Notes under the pieces: model-generated
What the model was told of the DNA's origin: nothing
The model's input: only the letters and a program-made list of their open reading frames with translations
The model's database searches: none
Made by a program: the position numbers and the translations under genes
Part shown: positions 1-11,631 of the stretch, piece after piece
Layout: every line of letters begins with the position of its first letter
How positions within the stretch are numbered: position 1 is the stretch's first letter
Assembly: GCA_951406725.2 (NCBI GenBank)
Contig: OX597841.1
Span: forward strand, 14,508,001-14,572,000
Length of the DNA: 64,000 nt
Source: Octopus vulgaris
Taxonomy: Eukaryota
Direction: 5' to 3'

Positions 1-319
1 TGCATTATATAAGACGAGCATCGACCACTTATCGATTTTACCCTAAACATGGGCGAACTAACTGGGACCAAGAGATTTCCAAGCAAAAGAAGGCGTGTGC
101 GGCGACGGAGGGACACAGCCAACACGTACGTCTAGAAGGTACTACATACATATAGACTATGAAGAAATTTATTATATATACACACACAGATACACACATA
201 CATATATCATAAAACTAGTGTAAGATGAGGTGATCTATGTGAGCTACCGAATACTGCGCAATTGAGTCGAGTGACCACCACTACTGCAACTACTACGTTT
301 ATTAATGTTTAAAACAGTA

Positions 320-1175
320 AGACCGGCCGCGTATACATGTGGATAAGGAACCGGCTGTGCATAGCCGACTGCAGTGTGTGTATATATATAACTGGTTATA
401 TATATGTGTGTGTGTATAGCTGATTGTATGTGTATGGGTATTTAGCCGGCTGCGTGTAAGTCGATATGTAGCCGGCTGCGTAGCTGTGTGCGTGTGTTAT
501 GTGAGGGTGAGTGTTATGTGTGGATATTTGGCCGGCTGTACGTATGTGGGTGTATGTTGCTGGTTGTGTATGTACGTGTGGGATAAGTTGCTGACTGCGT
601 GTACGTGTGGATATTTAGCCGGCTGTGTGTATGCAGATACGTAGCCGACTGTGTATATGTAAATGTAGCTCTGTATGTGTGTGTGTTTGAGGAGATGTGT
701 TATGTATGGATATTTGACCGGCTGTGGGAATACGTTGCTAGCTGCACATATGTGCGAATACGTTGCCGGTTGTATATATGTGTGGATATTTAGCCGGCTG
801 TGTAGTATGTACGTGTGTATACGTTGCTGACTGCGTATATATGTGGATATTTAGCCGGCAGTGTGTATGTATGTGTGGATATTTAGCCGGCTGTATGTAT
901 ACGTTGCTGACTGCGTATATATGGGGATATGTAGCCGGCAGTGTGTATGTAGCTATGTAGCCGGCTGTGTGAATACGTTGCTATCTCTGCATATGTGCGA
1001 ATATATTGCCGGTTGTATATACGTGTGGATATCTAGCCGGCAGTGTGTATGCGTGGCGTGTATGTATATGTGTGTGTATATATAGTCTTTATTCGTCTAT
1101 ATAACCAGCTGTGGTAGAATAGTATTTGTTAAACCGGCTGCGTCATATGTTGAGCTGGCGTGGAGCCGGATGTGG
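320..1175. repeat. Degenerate minisatellite with recurring GGATATTTAGCCGGCTG / ACGTTGCTGACTGCG motifs in a (TG/TA) matrix
   Basis: TAGCCGGC(T/A)G recurs many times at irregular spacing. Confidence 0.75.
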
Positions 1176-1541
1176 TACGTGTGTGTGTAGATGCGGGTGT
1201 ATATGAACAGCCTTACCAGCCAGGCTCAATGACCGGCTTACATGTGTGTGTGTGTGTGAGAGAGAGAGGCCATACAAGTCTTCCTCTTGGTTCAGGCATT
1301 GGACTGCGGCGGCCACGCTGGAGCATCACTAAAGAACTTTAATGCAACGAATCGACCCCTAATACCTTTTATTTTTTTAGAAAAAAAAAAGCCTGGCACT
1401 TATTTTATCAGTTCACGTATGTGGAAATGCTGAACTGCTAAGTTACGGGAACAAACCAAGACCGGTTGTCGAGCAATGGCGAGGGACGAACAGACATGTG
1501 TATGCACCTATGTGTATGTGTGTAAATATGTATTATATATA

Positions 1542-1572
<31 letters not shown>

Positions 1573-2673
1573 AATGACTATATTAACACACATATTTCGG
1601 TGTATGGGAGCATATTTGGACAGCCTTGAATGTGTATGCATGTACGTTTATGTATGTATATATATATATATATATTATATATATATACATATATACACAC
1701 ACACACATATACATACATACACATTCATAAATGTAAAGCCGCCTAAGCCAGTGTGTATACATATATTCACATGTGTCTGTATGTATGTATGTTTCCTATT
1801 TGCCAGTAAATTTTGAAGGAAAGGTGGGACCCCGAAAATGACGAAAGGCAAAGTTGACCCCGACGTTGTTTGAACTAAGAACGTCAAACGGCCGGAAGAA
1901 ATGCCGCGAAGCATTTTTATCCGGCAAATCAACGATTTTCCAGCCGCCGCCTTAGTGTATACATCCGTACATTGTGTGTTTGTGTGTGTGTGTATATATT
2001 ATATATATTTACACAATTGTCTTCACTTAGCTAATATTGTGTGTATGTATGTATGTGTGTGTGTGTGTGCGTGTTTCGTCCCAACTCAATTAAGACAAGC
2101 CTTGCCTTTCACCGTCTCCTCTCCCTCCTTCCCACCGCCAACGCACACAGAAACCTTTATTTCCCGCCACAAAAACACCATTTCTTCCGGTCTGGTCTAT
2201 CAAGTTGGCTTTCTCCCGCCCCCCCCCCTCTTCTATCTTCACAAGCAAACCAGGACACCCCTCCCCCCTCTTAACATAACTATCGTTCTCTTCAACGTTG
2301 CAGTGGTGGTAGGGACGGCGGAGATATATATATATATATATATATATGATAATGGTATGAAATCCTGGTACCGACGACACAGCACAAAAAAAAAAAAAAA
2401 GCCAAAAAAAACACCTCCATACCACAAAATCTCCTCCCGCGACCCCCACACAAGAAGGACGGCGGTGTTGGCGACAAAAGGAATGTTGCATTGAGAGAGG
2501 AGGGGGAAAAAGACTAGTAGCAGTAATGATACAACTACTACTACCACCACCACCACCACCACCACATTCAGCAGATACTAGCTGTATTACTACTGCTACT
2601 ACTACTACTACCATTAGTGGTGAATGGTAGCAGTGATAATAACTGGGTGTTGGCGGACAAGAAGACAGATTTA

Positions 2674-2690
2674 GCGCCATATGACGTCAT
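2674..2690. promoter_or_regulatory. Perfect CRE palindrome (ATGACGTCAT, 2681-2690) next to a YY1-like GCGCCAT in a CpG-rich patch
   Basis: Motifs read directly; function inferred. Confidence 0.4.
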
Positions 2691-4010
2691 CGGCCTTCTC
2701 ACTCGCCGCAATTAGCACGAAAGAGAGAGAGAGAGACGAAGGGGAAAAAATTTAAACCGGTAACAAGAATTTTATCATTACCAAGTACCCCAATTAACGG
2801 TCAAAGTTCAAAAGGAAAGCGAGAAAGAGAGAGAGGAGACTAAGGGCTGAATGTATAACGACCAGTATGTTTGAATTCGGAGGGGGGAGTCGTGCCGAGT
2901 GTGCCCCCTTCCCTCGACACATGTTACATAGATATATGCATGGGAACTTGAAGGATTGGCCGGCGACAGCTATACACATAAAGCATGTGTCTACTTGAAA
3001 CACACACACCCATATATATATATACATATATATACATACACATTATGGTACCAGAGTGAAAGAACTAATTTGAATCTTAACCCGAATTAACGACAAAAAA
3101 GTGTGGTCGCCCCCCGGTCTGTCAGAAACAGTAGCAAGCACACACCCATATAACCTATATGAAGTCTAAATAAGGAAGGACCAGACCGCGTTAGGAAATA
3201 GGAGACCCAGATATATATAATAAACCTTCAGAAAAGAATTAAACCCAAATCCTTTTTCGAGGACAAATCATTTGTAGAATACAAAAAAAGGGAGCAAAAA
3301 AAATAAAATAAAAAGACAGCTAATTACGGAAACTAGCGTTAATTAGCAGCTGTTACTCTAATTAGAAGAAATAAAAAGTTGTAATAAATTAAGTGTTTTA
3401 ATTAAAGCCGGGCAACAAAAAGGCTTCTGCATTCTTCAGCATTTTCTGCCAGATGAGTTTGTTTAAAATATGCATTTTTTTTTTGTCACGCCGCTAAAAT
3501 ACAATATAATTATAGTCGAGACCCCAGCCCCTGACATGCACGTATACGAGAGGGTAATTAAGTCCCTAACTTCGATTCAATAAATTACAAGTTTTAAGAA
3601 ATTTAAATAAATCATTACCGAAGAAAAATACACATGTTCAAGAGATATGTAGGCATACCTACAGATTAGTGCCCCACGATAGTTTCTTCATAAGAGCATG
3701 TTCTTTGATGAAATTTTGCAGAGATATCGTTTCAGATGTATAAATTATAACTGACAAAATCGAAAACAAGTTAAATAAAGAAAACCAAGTCAAGGATGAA
3801 GACAACACCGGTTTAAAAACCCCTTTTAGAGAATTATTCCCCTCCCCATGTTCAACCAACATAATCGTTACCTACATACTCGATAGCGTCATCTCTGCAA
3901 AATCTTTCACAAATATACATTCTTCAAAAAGTTGTGAGGAATGCCAATCACTGAGGCACTAAAGTGGAGTTAGGCCGGTTATTTGTAGTGAAATTTGTAA
4001 TGCAAGCAAA

Positions 4011-4760
4011 TCATGTCGAAGCCTTACCTTTTCTTTTCTTTATCATTTTAGGGGATATTAATCTTTCCTTTTCGTTAACCTTTTTGCCTTTCACATTAGC
4101 AGTCTTTCGGGGCCGACCCGGTTTGCCCTTGCGTTTTCTGTTACGAACGGCTTTTTTGGAAACGGAGGCGGTTTGTCGTTGCCGACGTCGGCCGCCGGCA
4201 GCACCGGCGCCGCCGCCGCTTTGCTTCTCCTCAGTTTGATGATAAGGGTGGTCCTCAACTACATTCCGGGACACGGCGGGACTTGAACACACATTCACTT
4301 CGCCATCGTCATCCTCATCATCATCATCTCCTTGTATCTCTGCATCCATGGCCTCGACGTGACCATAACTATTAGCGACCACGAACGAAGCAAAGTTCAT
4401 CGATTCTTCGTCGTGGCTAAACCTCGATGGAGACATCGAAGGCGAACCCGACGATTTGGGCGATGATAAGGGGCTCGCACGAGGGGACCACAATTCGTCC
4501 TGGCTCAACAGCTCAGGGCATTTAGAAGGAAAGTTGTCATCCGGCACCGTGTCTTCACACGTAATCCTATTCTTTCCCCAATCGGGGATCTCGATTTCTG
4601 GCCATTCGGCCGGCTTCCACATAAATTTCGGCAGGTTTTCTTCCGACCAAATGATGGGATCCTGGGATAAGATGCTGATCGGATCATAGCAGTACAAGTA
4701 ATCGTCAGTGTTGGCTATTTTACAGGGAGACAGTTCGAACACGTCTTTGATTAATTCCAT
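4011..4760 (-). CDS. Uncharacterised nuclear protein (249 aa as unspliced ORF) with Myc-box-like motifs, an acidic tract, HCF1-type DHxY, an AT-hook and a basic tail
   Basis: Non-repetitive ORF with strong start context (aaaccATGG). Motifs LSQDELWS, DDDGEVNVCS, EDHPY, KPGRPRK. Upstream TATA promoter. Possible donor AG|GTAAGG at 4027. Confidence 0.75.
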   Translation of the reverse strand: MELIKDVFELSPCKIANTDDYLYCYDPISILSQDPIIWSEENLPKFMWKPAEWPEIEIPDWGKNRITCEDTVPDDNFPSKCPELLSQDELWSPRASPLSSPKSSGSPSMSPSRFSHDEESMNFASFVVANSYGHVEAMDAEIQGDDDDEDDDGEVNVCSSPAVSRNVVEDHPYHQTEEKQSGGGAGAAGGRRRQRQTASVSKKAVRNRKRKGKPGRPRKTANVKGKKVNEKERLISPKMIKKRKGKAST

Positions 4761-5189
4761 GGTTTAAATTAGTAAATTGTGTGCGGGGGTATATGATAAT
4801 TGTGTGTGGAGAAATTTGCGTATGGGTTCTCACAGATAAAAAAGGGCTAAATACGAGGATAATACGGGTACACAGCAGAGGTAGGTAATTGTAGGATAAT
4901 TTTTTTTTAAATATTAAAATATTCGTATAATGAAATTAATAAATTAATTAATCTTTTTGTCCGTGTTTGCCGGGAAAATAATGTTGAGTGCGTGTACGAA
5001 TATCTATGTCTGTGTGTGAGATGTATGAATTCCAGTTTAAAATTGAAGGCACAGAATCAGGAAATATTAAAAGAGAAATATGGTAAATGGTATGGTTAAT
5101 CTCCAGTTCGGTTAGAATCTTGCTTAGACCAGCGAGATAATTCACAAGACACCGTACACGGCACGTACAAGACAAACACCTGTGAGTGA

Positions 5190-5242
5190 AGAAGTCACGG
5201 CTTGCGCCAAATGCGTTGCATTATATAGAGGGAGGCGGAGCC
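5190..5242 (-). promoter_or_regulatory. Core promoter of the minus-strand gene: GC box, TATA, Inr-like
   Basis: Minus strand reads CTCCGCCTCC, then TATATAA (5227-5221), then TGACTT/TCACTC about 30-40 nt downstream. Confidence 0.55.
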
Positions 5243-5319
5243 AAGGCAGCTGTCAATCATCTCCGTCTCCTCCCTGGCCTTTCACATTCAGTAGAAGAGG
5301 GAATCGTAAACGTCATCAT

Positions 5320-5895
5320 CTCCTCCTCCTCTCTCTCTCTCTTTCACCTTTTCTCTTTCAATCCCTCTTACTCTCCCTCACTCTTTCTTTATATATATTT
5401 ATATCTTCTTTCACTCTTTCATATTTCTCTTTCTTTCTTTCTTTCTTTTTAAATTTCTTTTGTCTTTGTCTTTCGCCTTTTCTTTCCCTTCTTTCTTTCT
5501 TTCATTCTTTCCCCTCTTTCTTTCTTTCCTTCTTTCTTTCCTTCATACTTTCTCTCTTTGTTTCTTTCTTTCTATCCGCTCTTTATTTCCTTCTTTCTTT
5601 CTTTCTTTCTTTCCTTCTTTCCTTCTTTCTTTCCTTCGTACTTTCTCTCTTTGTTTGTTTCTTTCTTTCTTTCTATCCCTTCTTTATTTCCTTCCTTCCT
5701 TTCTTTCTTTCTTTCTTTCATTCTATCCCCTCTTTATTTCCTTCTTTCTTTATTTCCTTCTTTCTTTCTTTCTTTCTTTCTTTCCTTCTTTCTTTTTCTC
5801 TTTTATCCTTTCTTTCGTACTTTCTCTCTTTCTTTCTTTCTCTTTCTGTCTTTCTTTCTTTCTTTCTTTCCTTCCTTCCTTCTTTCTTTCTTTCG
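5320..5895. repeat. (CT)n/(TTTC)n polypyrimidine microsatellite block
   Basis: Direct reading. Confidence 0.95.
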
Positions 5896-6149
5896 TCACC
5901 CCATCCTCTATTGTCTTTTCCCTTAAAGTCGGTTGTGTGTGTGTGTGTTATCTTTTACTCCTTTCAGTCATTAGACTGTGGCCATGCTGGAGCACCGTCT
6001 GAAAGGGTTTCTTTTTAGTCGAAGAAACTGACCCCAAGACTTATCCTCTGTAAGCCAAGTACTTATTCTACCGGCCTCTATTGCCGAACCACTAAGTTAT
6101 ACATATGTGTGTGTGTGTGTGTGCGTGTGTGTATGTGTGTGTGTGTGTA

Positions 6150-6184
<35 letters not shown>

Positions 6185-6188
6185 GTGT

Positions 6189-7213
6189 GGCATAAGATCT
6201 GGTCATCAAATCTAAGTAGAGACTTCAAACTTGAAATATTCAAAGCCACAGTCAAACCAGTTCTACTATATGGCTCAGAAACCTGGACGTTATCAAAGAA
6301 GCTTGAGAGGTGGTTGGATGGAACCTACACTCGCCTCCTTATGAGAGCTCAAAATCTCTCGTGGAAGCGCCATCCAACCAAAATGCAAATATATGGGAAA
6401 TTACCACCTGTGCCATCTCTTGTGAAAGGTAGGAGAGTCCAGTTTGCTGGACATTGTTGTAGAGCTGAAAAAGAGGCAATTTCTACTCTTCTCCTCTGGA
6501 AGCCATCTGCTCACGATACCAGTCAAACCAATTCTACTATATGGCTCAGAAACCTGGACGTTATCAAAGAAGCTTGAGAGGCGGTTGGATGGAACCTACA
6601 CTCGCCTCCTTATGAGAGCTCAAAATCTCTCGTGGAAGCGCCATCCAACCAAAATGCAAATATATGGGAAATTACCACCTGTGCCATCTCTTGTGAAAGG
6701 TAGGAGAGTCCAGTTTGCTGGACATTGTTGTAGAGCTGAAAAAGAGGTAATTTCTACTCTTCTCCTCTGGAAGCCATCTGCTCACGATACCAGTCAAACC
6801 AATTCTACTATATGGCTCAGAAACCTGGACGTTATCAAAGAAGCTTGAGAGGCGGTTGGATGGAACCTACACTCGCCTCCTTATGAGAGATCAAAATCTC
6901 TCGTGGAAGCATCATCCAACCAAAATGCAAATATATGGGAAACTACCACCTGTGTCATCTCTTGTGAAAGGTAGGAGAGTCCAGTTTGCTGGACATTGTT
7001 GTAGAGCTGAAAACAAGGTAATTTTTACTCTTCTCCTCTGGAAGCCATCTGCTCGCAACACCAGAGGGCGCACACTCTCCTACCCTGATGTAATCTCCAG
7101 GGATACAGGCATCCAGCAACGTGACCTCCGTAATGCCATGATGGACCGTGAAGTCTGGCGTAGCATGGTAAATTCCATTGTCTCGACCACGGTCGAACAA
7201 TGATGATGATGAT
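6189..7213 (+). mobile_element. 5'-truncated RTE-type LINE 3' end with an internal 271-bp triplication and (TGA)n tail
   Basis: Translates to VLLYGSETWTL...FAGHC...DREVWR, typical of an RTE ORF C-terminus. Repeat units start at 6249, 6520, 6791. Confidence 0.85.
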
Positions 7214-8058
7214 GTGTGTGTATGTGTGAAGTTTTAGCACCAGTAGAATATAATTCAAGCCATGATGGAGTTGGCCAATATCTTCCCTAGTTAATTGGTC
7301 AGCATTACAAAATCAAATCTGCTGACAAATGGTATTATTACCATCCTGGGGCTGTAACTGAGGGAGAAAACGTAACGATTGTTTGGGATTTCGCAGTATG
7401 TACAGACCAGACCATCAAAGCTAATAAAACGGGATGTTCTTTTATTCTTTTACTTGTTTCAGTCATGTGACTGTGGCCATGCTGGAGCACCGCCTTTAGT
7501 CGAGCAAATCAACCCCAGGACTTATTCTTTGTAAGCCTGGTACTTATTTATTCTATCAATATCTTTTGCTGAACCACTAAGTTACGGGGACGTAAGTGCA
7601 CCAGCATCGGTTGTCCAGCAATGTTCATGGGGGACAAACACAGACACACACACACACACACCTAAAGCTCCACGAGGCTCGGCAGGGGTGGGGGCCACGA
7701 CCCCTGTTGTACTCTTTCGCCCCAACTTTCTCTCTCACTCTTTCTTCATGTTTCTTGTCCCCGACTTCCTACGCAACCTCAGAGCCTGGATGCGCATTCA
7801 TCTATCCGTCGATGCTCTCGGTGTCGGGGGTTGACCTGCTTTCTCTTCTGCGGGTGTTACGAATAGCAAAGGACCACGTTTCGGCCTTCTCCCATCTTGC
7901 GAGCTCTGGGACGACGAAGACCGTTCGCTCAACAGCAACAGTTACAGCACTATCACCAGCAATAACAACGACAGCAGTGGCACTATCCGTAACAGAAATA
8001 GCAGCAGAGCCTTCACCAATGATATCTATAACAGCAGTGATGATGACCATAACAACTA

Positions 8059-8347
8059 CATCATCATCATCATTGTTCGACCGTGGTCGAGACAATGGAA
8101 TTTACCATGCTACGCCAGACTTCACGGTCCATCATGACATTACGGAGGTCCTGTTGCTGGATGCCTGTATCCCTGGAGATTACATCAGGATAGGAGAGTG
8201 TGCGCCCTCTGGTATTGCGAGCAGATGGCTTCCAGAAGAGAAGAGTAGAAATTACCTCTTTTTCAAGCTCTACAACAATGTCCAGCAAACTGGACTCTCC
8301 TACTTTTCACAAGAGATGACACAGGTGGTAGTTTCTCATATATTTGC

Positions 8348-8350
<3 letters not shown>
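8059..8350 (-). mobile_element. Second, inverted 3' fragment of the same RTE-type LINE
   Basis: Reverse complement of ~6920-7213, same ...VSTTVEQ* end and (TGA)n tail. Confidence 0.85.
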
Positions 8351-8383
<33 letters not shown>

Positions 8384-8534
8384 CAACAAAACCATTACCA
8401 ACACCAGTAGCGAAGGCACCAACACTTCTGCCACATCCAGTGACACCAACACCCACAGCGCCAGTACCAACAACAGTGGTAGCAGCAATGCCAATACTAA
8501 CAATTGCAGCACCACCACCAACACCTGGCCACAG

Positions 8535-8850
8535 AGATACATCAGTTGTTCTGGTAACACTTTCAAACAACGCTACTCCAACCACAAATACTCCCTCAGG
8601 ATATGGGGAAAGAGATACGTTACATCACTAGCCAGCCATGTGTGGCAGCTGAAAGACAATGCAATTCCATACACAACAGCATGGAGAATCCTTGAAAATC
8701 CAGGCTCCTACGGAAACGGGACCAAGAATTGTGAACTATGCATAGTGGAATGGGTGAGGATTCTAAAGGATTCCCTTGACCCGGGGAACATCCTACACTC
8801 CAGAACAGAGATCTTCTGACCGTGCTTGCATCTCAGGAAATTCCCGCCGG
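8535..8850 (+). mobile_element. Penelope-like element GIY-YIG endonuclease fragment (pseudogenised)
   Basis: RYIxxSGNTFKQRYSNH...TSLASHVWQLK...W.IL...CELCIVE...IL...HSRTEIF*PCLH matches the PLE (Neptune-type) GIY-YIG C-terminus; in-frame stop. Confidence 0.75.
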
Positions 8851-9835
8851 CCTATTGGAACCCACAAGATAACAGGGTCCTTTGCATCGATAGCCAAAGG
8901 GAGATAATCTCCTGTTGTTGACATTGAGTCGTGAGGTCCTTGCCTCTTCCATATTCTAGAAAGGCCACTCACTAGAGAGTGCTTAACCCTTTCGTTACTG
9001 TATACGGACGGACGGACGGACGGACGGATGGGTGGACAGAAAGACAAACAGATAAAGCATGTATGAGAGAGAAAGAGAGAGAGAGAGGAAGAGAAATACA
9101 GTGATAGACAGACAGACTGACTGACAGAGTCACAAGATAGAAAGACAGAGAAGCAGGGGTAGAGAGAGAGAGAGAAAGAAAGAGAGACAGACAGATAGAC
9201 AGACAGACAAATAGACAGACAGATAGACAGACAGACAGATAGATAGACAGACAAGACAGAGTGACAAAGCATACATTAGAGGAATAGAGAAAGAGAGAGT
9301 GAGAGAAAGAGAAAAAGACAGATAGACAGGCAAAGCATACATGTGAAGAAAGAGAGAGGGAAAAGGAGAAAGAGAGAAGGGAAGAGAAAGAGAGAGAAAA
9401 AGAGAGAGGGAGAGAGAGAGAAAGAGAGAGGGAAAGAGAGAGACAGACAACAGTCAGACAAATAGACAGAGAGACAGACAGACAGACAGGTAGTTAAGTA
9501 ATTAGAGTGATACATAAATGAATATACAAGTGTGTGCGTGTGCATGTCATGTTTGTCCACCACCACCACCACTTGACAATAGGTGTTGGTTTGTTTACAT
9601 CCTCCGTATGTACGAACCTTGAAGAAATAGGTACCGAGGTTGATTTGTTTGAGCAAACCCGGTCAAAGGTGGTGCCCCAGCATGGGCGCCGTTCAATGAC
9701 TGAAACAAATGGAAAACACATTCAAGACGGAAGCTGTGGTTTCAGGTGCCGCCCTGTGCCACGTGGCACAGGGCAAACACCTTCGGATACAGCTTGAGGG
9801 AGGTTAGATAAGGGAAACTGAAAGAAGCCCGTTGA

Positions 9836-10260
9836 ATGTGTGTGTGTGTGTACGCGGGTGTATGCGCGCGGGTGTGTGTGTACGCGGGCGTATGCGCGTA
9901 TGTGCGTGAACGCGTGTGTATGCGTGTGTGTGTGTGTACGCGTGTATATGCGCGCGTGTGTGTACGCGGGTGTATGCGCGCGTGTGTGTACGCGGGTGTA
10001 TGCGCGTCTGTGCGTGTATATGGGTGTATGCGTGTGTGTGTATGTGTACGCGTGTATATGCGTGTGTGTATGTGTGCACTCGCGCGTGGGTTCATGTGTG
10101 AGTGTGTGTGCGTGTGTATGTATGTAAGTGTGTGTGAGCGTGCGTATATGTGTGTATGTATATATATGTGTGCGTGTGTGTGTGTGTGTGCAAGCATGCG
10201 TATGTGTATGTATGTATGTGGACATATAAATGTGTGTATGCGTGTGTGTGTGTGTGTGTA
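9836..10260. repeat. Alternating purine-pyrimidine (TG/CG) tract with a GTACGCGGGTGTATGCGCG subunit
   Basis: Direct reading. Confidence 0.85.
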
Positions 10261-10759
10261 TTTTTCCTTCACTTCATACCGCCTGATATTCTTTTAAAAT
10301 AAAAGAATGATGATATTTCGAGCGCACTTCTAAGTGAAAAAAATAGCTTAATAATTTATGCCATCGATCCAGAAATCACAAAAAGCAAATTTGACCTGGG
10401 CGTGATTTGAACTCGGAAATCAGTCGGAACAACCGTCTCGTCAACCACCGTCAACCATATATTTTTAAAATACGTAACAAGGGAAATAACTTTGAAAGCA
10501 AGAGAAATTAAGTCATACATGATTTATCTCCCTTGTTCTCCGACTGTTTTTCCATACAGTTTGCTCTTTGCATGACATCATTTTTCATTTCTTTATCATG
10601 CTTCTTCTTCACTTTCTGTGTTATTGGGCAAATGAAAGACGGATTATCTTACGGCATATGACGCTAATCCTTTGCCTATGGTATATTCTGATGGCTTGCA
10701 GGGCAAAGGAAACCAGAATACAACGAAAACTCTCAGATTTCTCAATTCTTTCTTTACTA

Positions 10760-11146
10760 CTAGCAGTATCGCCCGGCGTTGCTCGGGTTTGTTTCGACCC
10801 TTTAAAATTGGAATTTTTGAAAAGTAAAAATTTTGCATTATGTAGCTTGTTATTATCTTTAAGTGAACATTTTTCTGGTTGAAATACACCGAAAAATGGC
10901 GACACAGCAGTCAAAAATCGTAAATAAAAGGGATTTTCATAGAAAAAAAGCACCTTTTTGATGTAAATACTTTTTGGTGTTAAAATGGTCAAATTTGAAT
11001 TTTTCTTCTACGGAAGGAAGAGCAAGCCTTCTTCTATCATACTCTCAATTTTGGTCAACTTGCACCACAGGGTCTCAGAGGAGATAGTGTTAGATGAAGG
11101 CTATACCAAACCTGCCACACACAGACAACTTCTGCTTTATATATAA

Positions 11147-11149
<3 letters not shown>
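10760..11149 (-). mobile_element. Non-autonomous Helitron-like element (390 bp)
   Basis: Minus strand: A|TC...hairpin CCCGAGCAACGCCGGG...CTAG|T; near-identical copy at 33455-33844. Confidence 0.75.
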
Positions 11150-11185
<36 letters not shown>

Positions 11186-11282
11186 TAATCCAAACATGAA
11201 GGCACAAAAAAAACACAACAACGCGAGGACGTGGAACAAATCTAGTATTATTGGACGCTCAGGAAAGAAGGAAAGAAGGAGG

Positions 11283-11317
11283 GTTTAACGTTTCGAGCGG
11301 AGCTCTTCGTCGGAAAC
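11283..11317 (-). ncRNA. Variant minimal hammerhead ribozyme motif in a ~220-bp TA-inserted repeat (11181-11400)
   Basis: GUUU-CCGACGA-A-GAGC(ucc)GCUC-GAAA-CGU-U-AAAC; core has U4C. Confidence 0.55.
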
Positions 11318-11397
11318 ATAGGAGAAGGAAAGATCCAGAGAAGGGAAGACAGAGGAAAAAAATCGCCAACGGTACACACGAGGTCACATTTTGAAAG

Positions 11398-11493
<96 letters not shown>

Positions 11494-11583
11494 ATGTAGA
11501 GATTATCAACATCTGCTGTCTCTTTAAATTATGCTACGCAGATTCCAAAAGAATATTTTCTCTCTCGTGTTCTTGACCACTAT

Positions 11584-11627
<44 letters not shown>

Positions 11628-11631
<4 letters not shown>

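Noticed and set aside
1-260. Possible pogo-like transposon end (TATAAGACG)
   Set aside because: Truncated by the window edge; no matching TIR found
2090-2680. 196-aa ORF with a signal-peptide-like stretch
   Set aside because: The hydrophobic and Gly runs are microsatellite-derived; kept only as a possible first exon
3872-3894. Minus-strand peptide DDAIEYV resembling bHLH helix 2
   Set aside because: Out of phase with the donor at 4027, and no basic/helix 1 or zipper context
7596-8819. 407-aa ORF as a gene
   Set aside because: Chance read-through of SINE, antisense LINE, (TA)n and a PLE fragment
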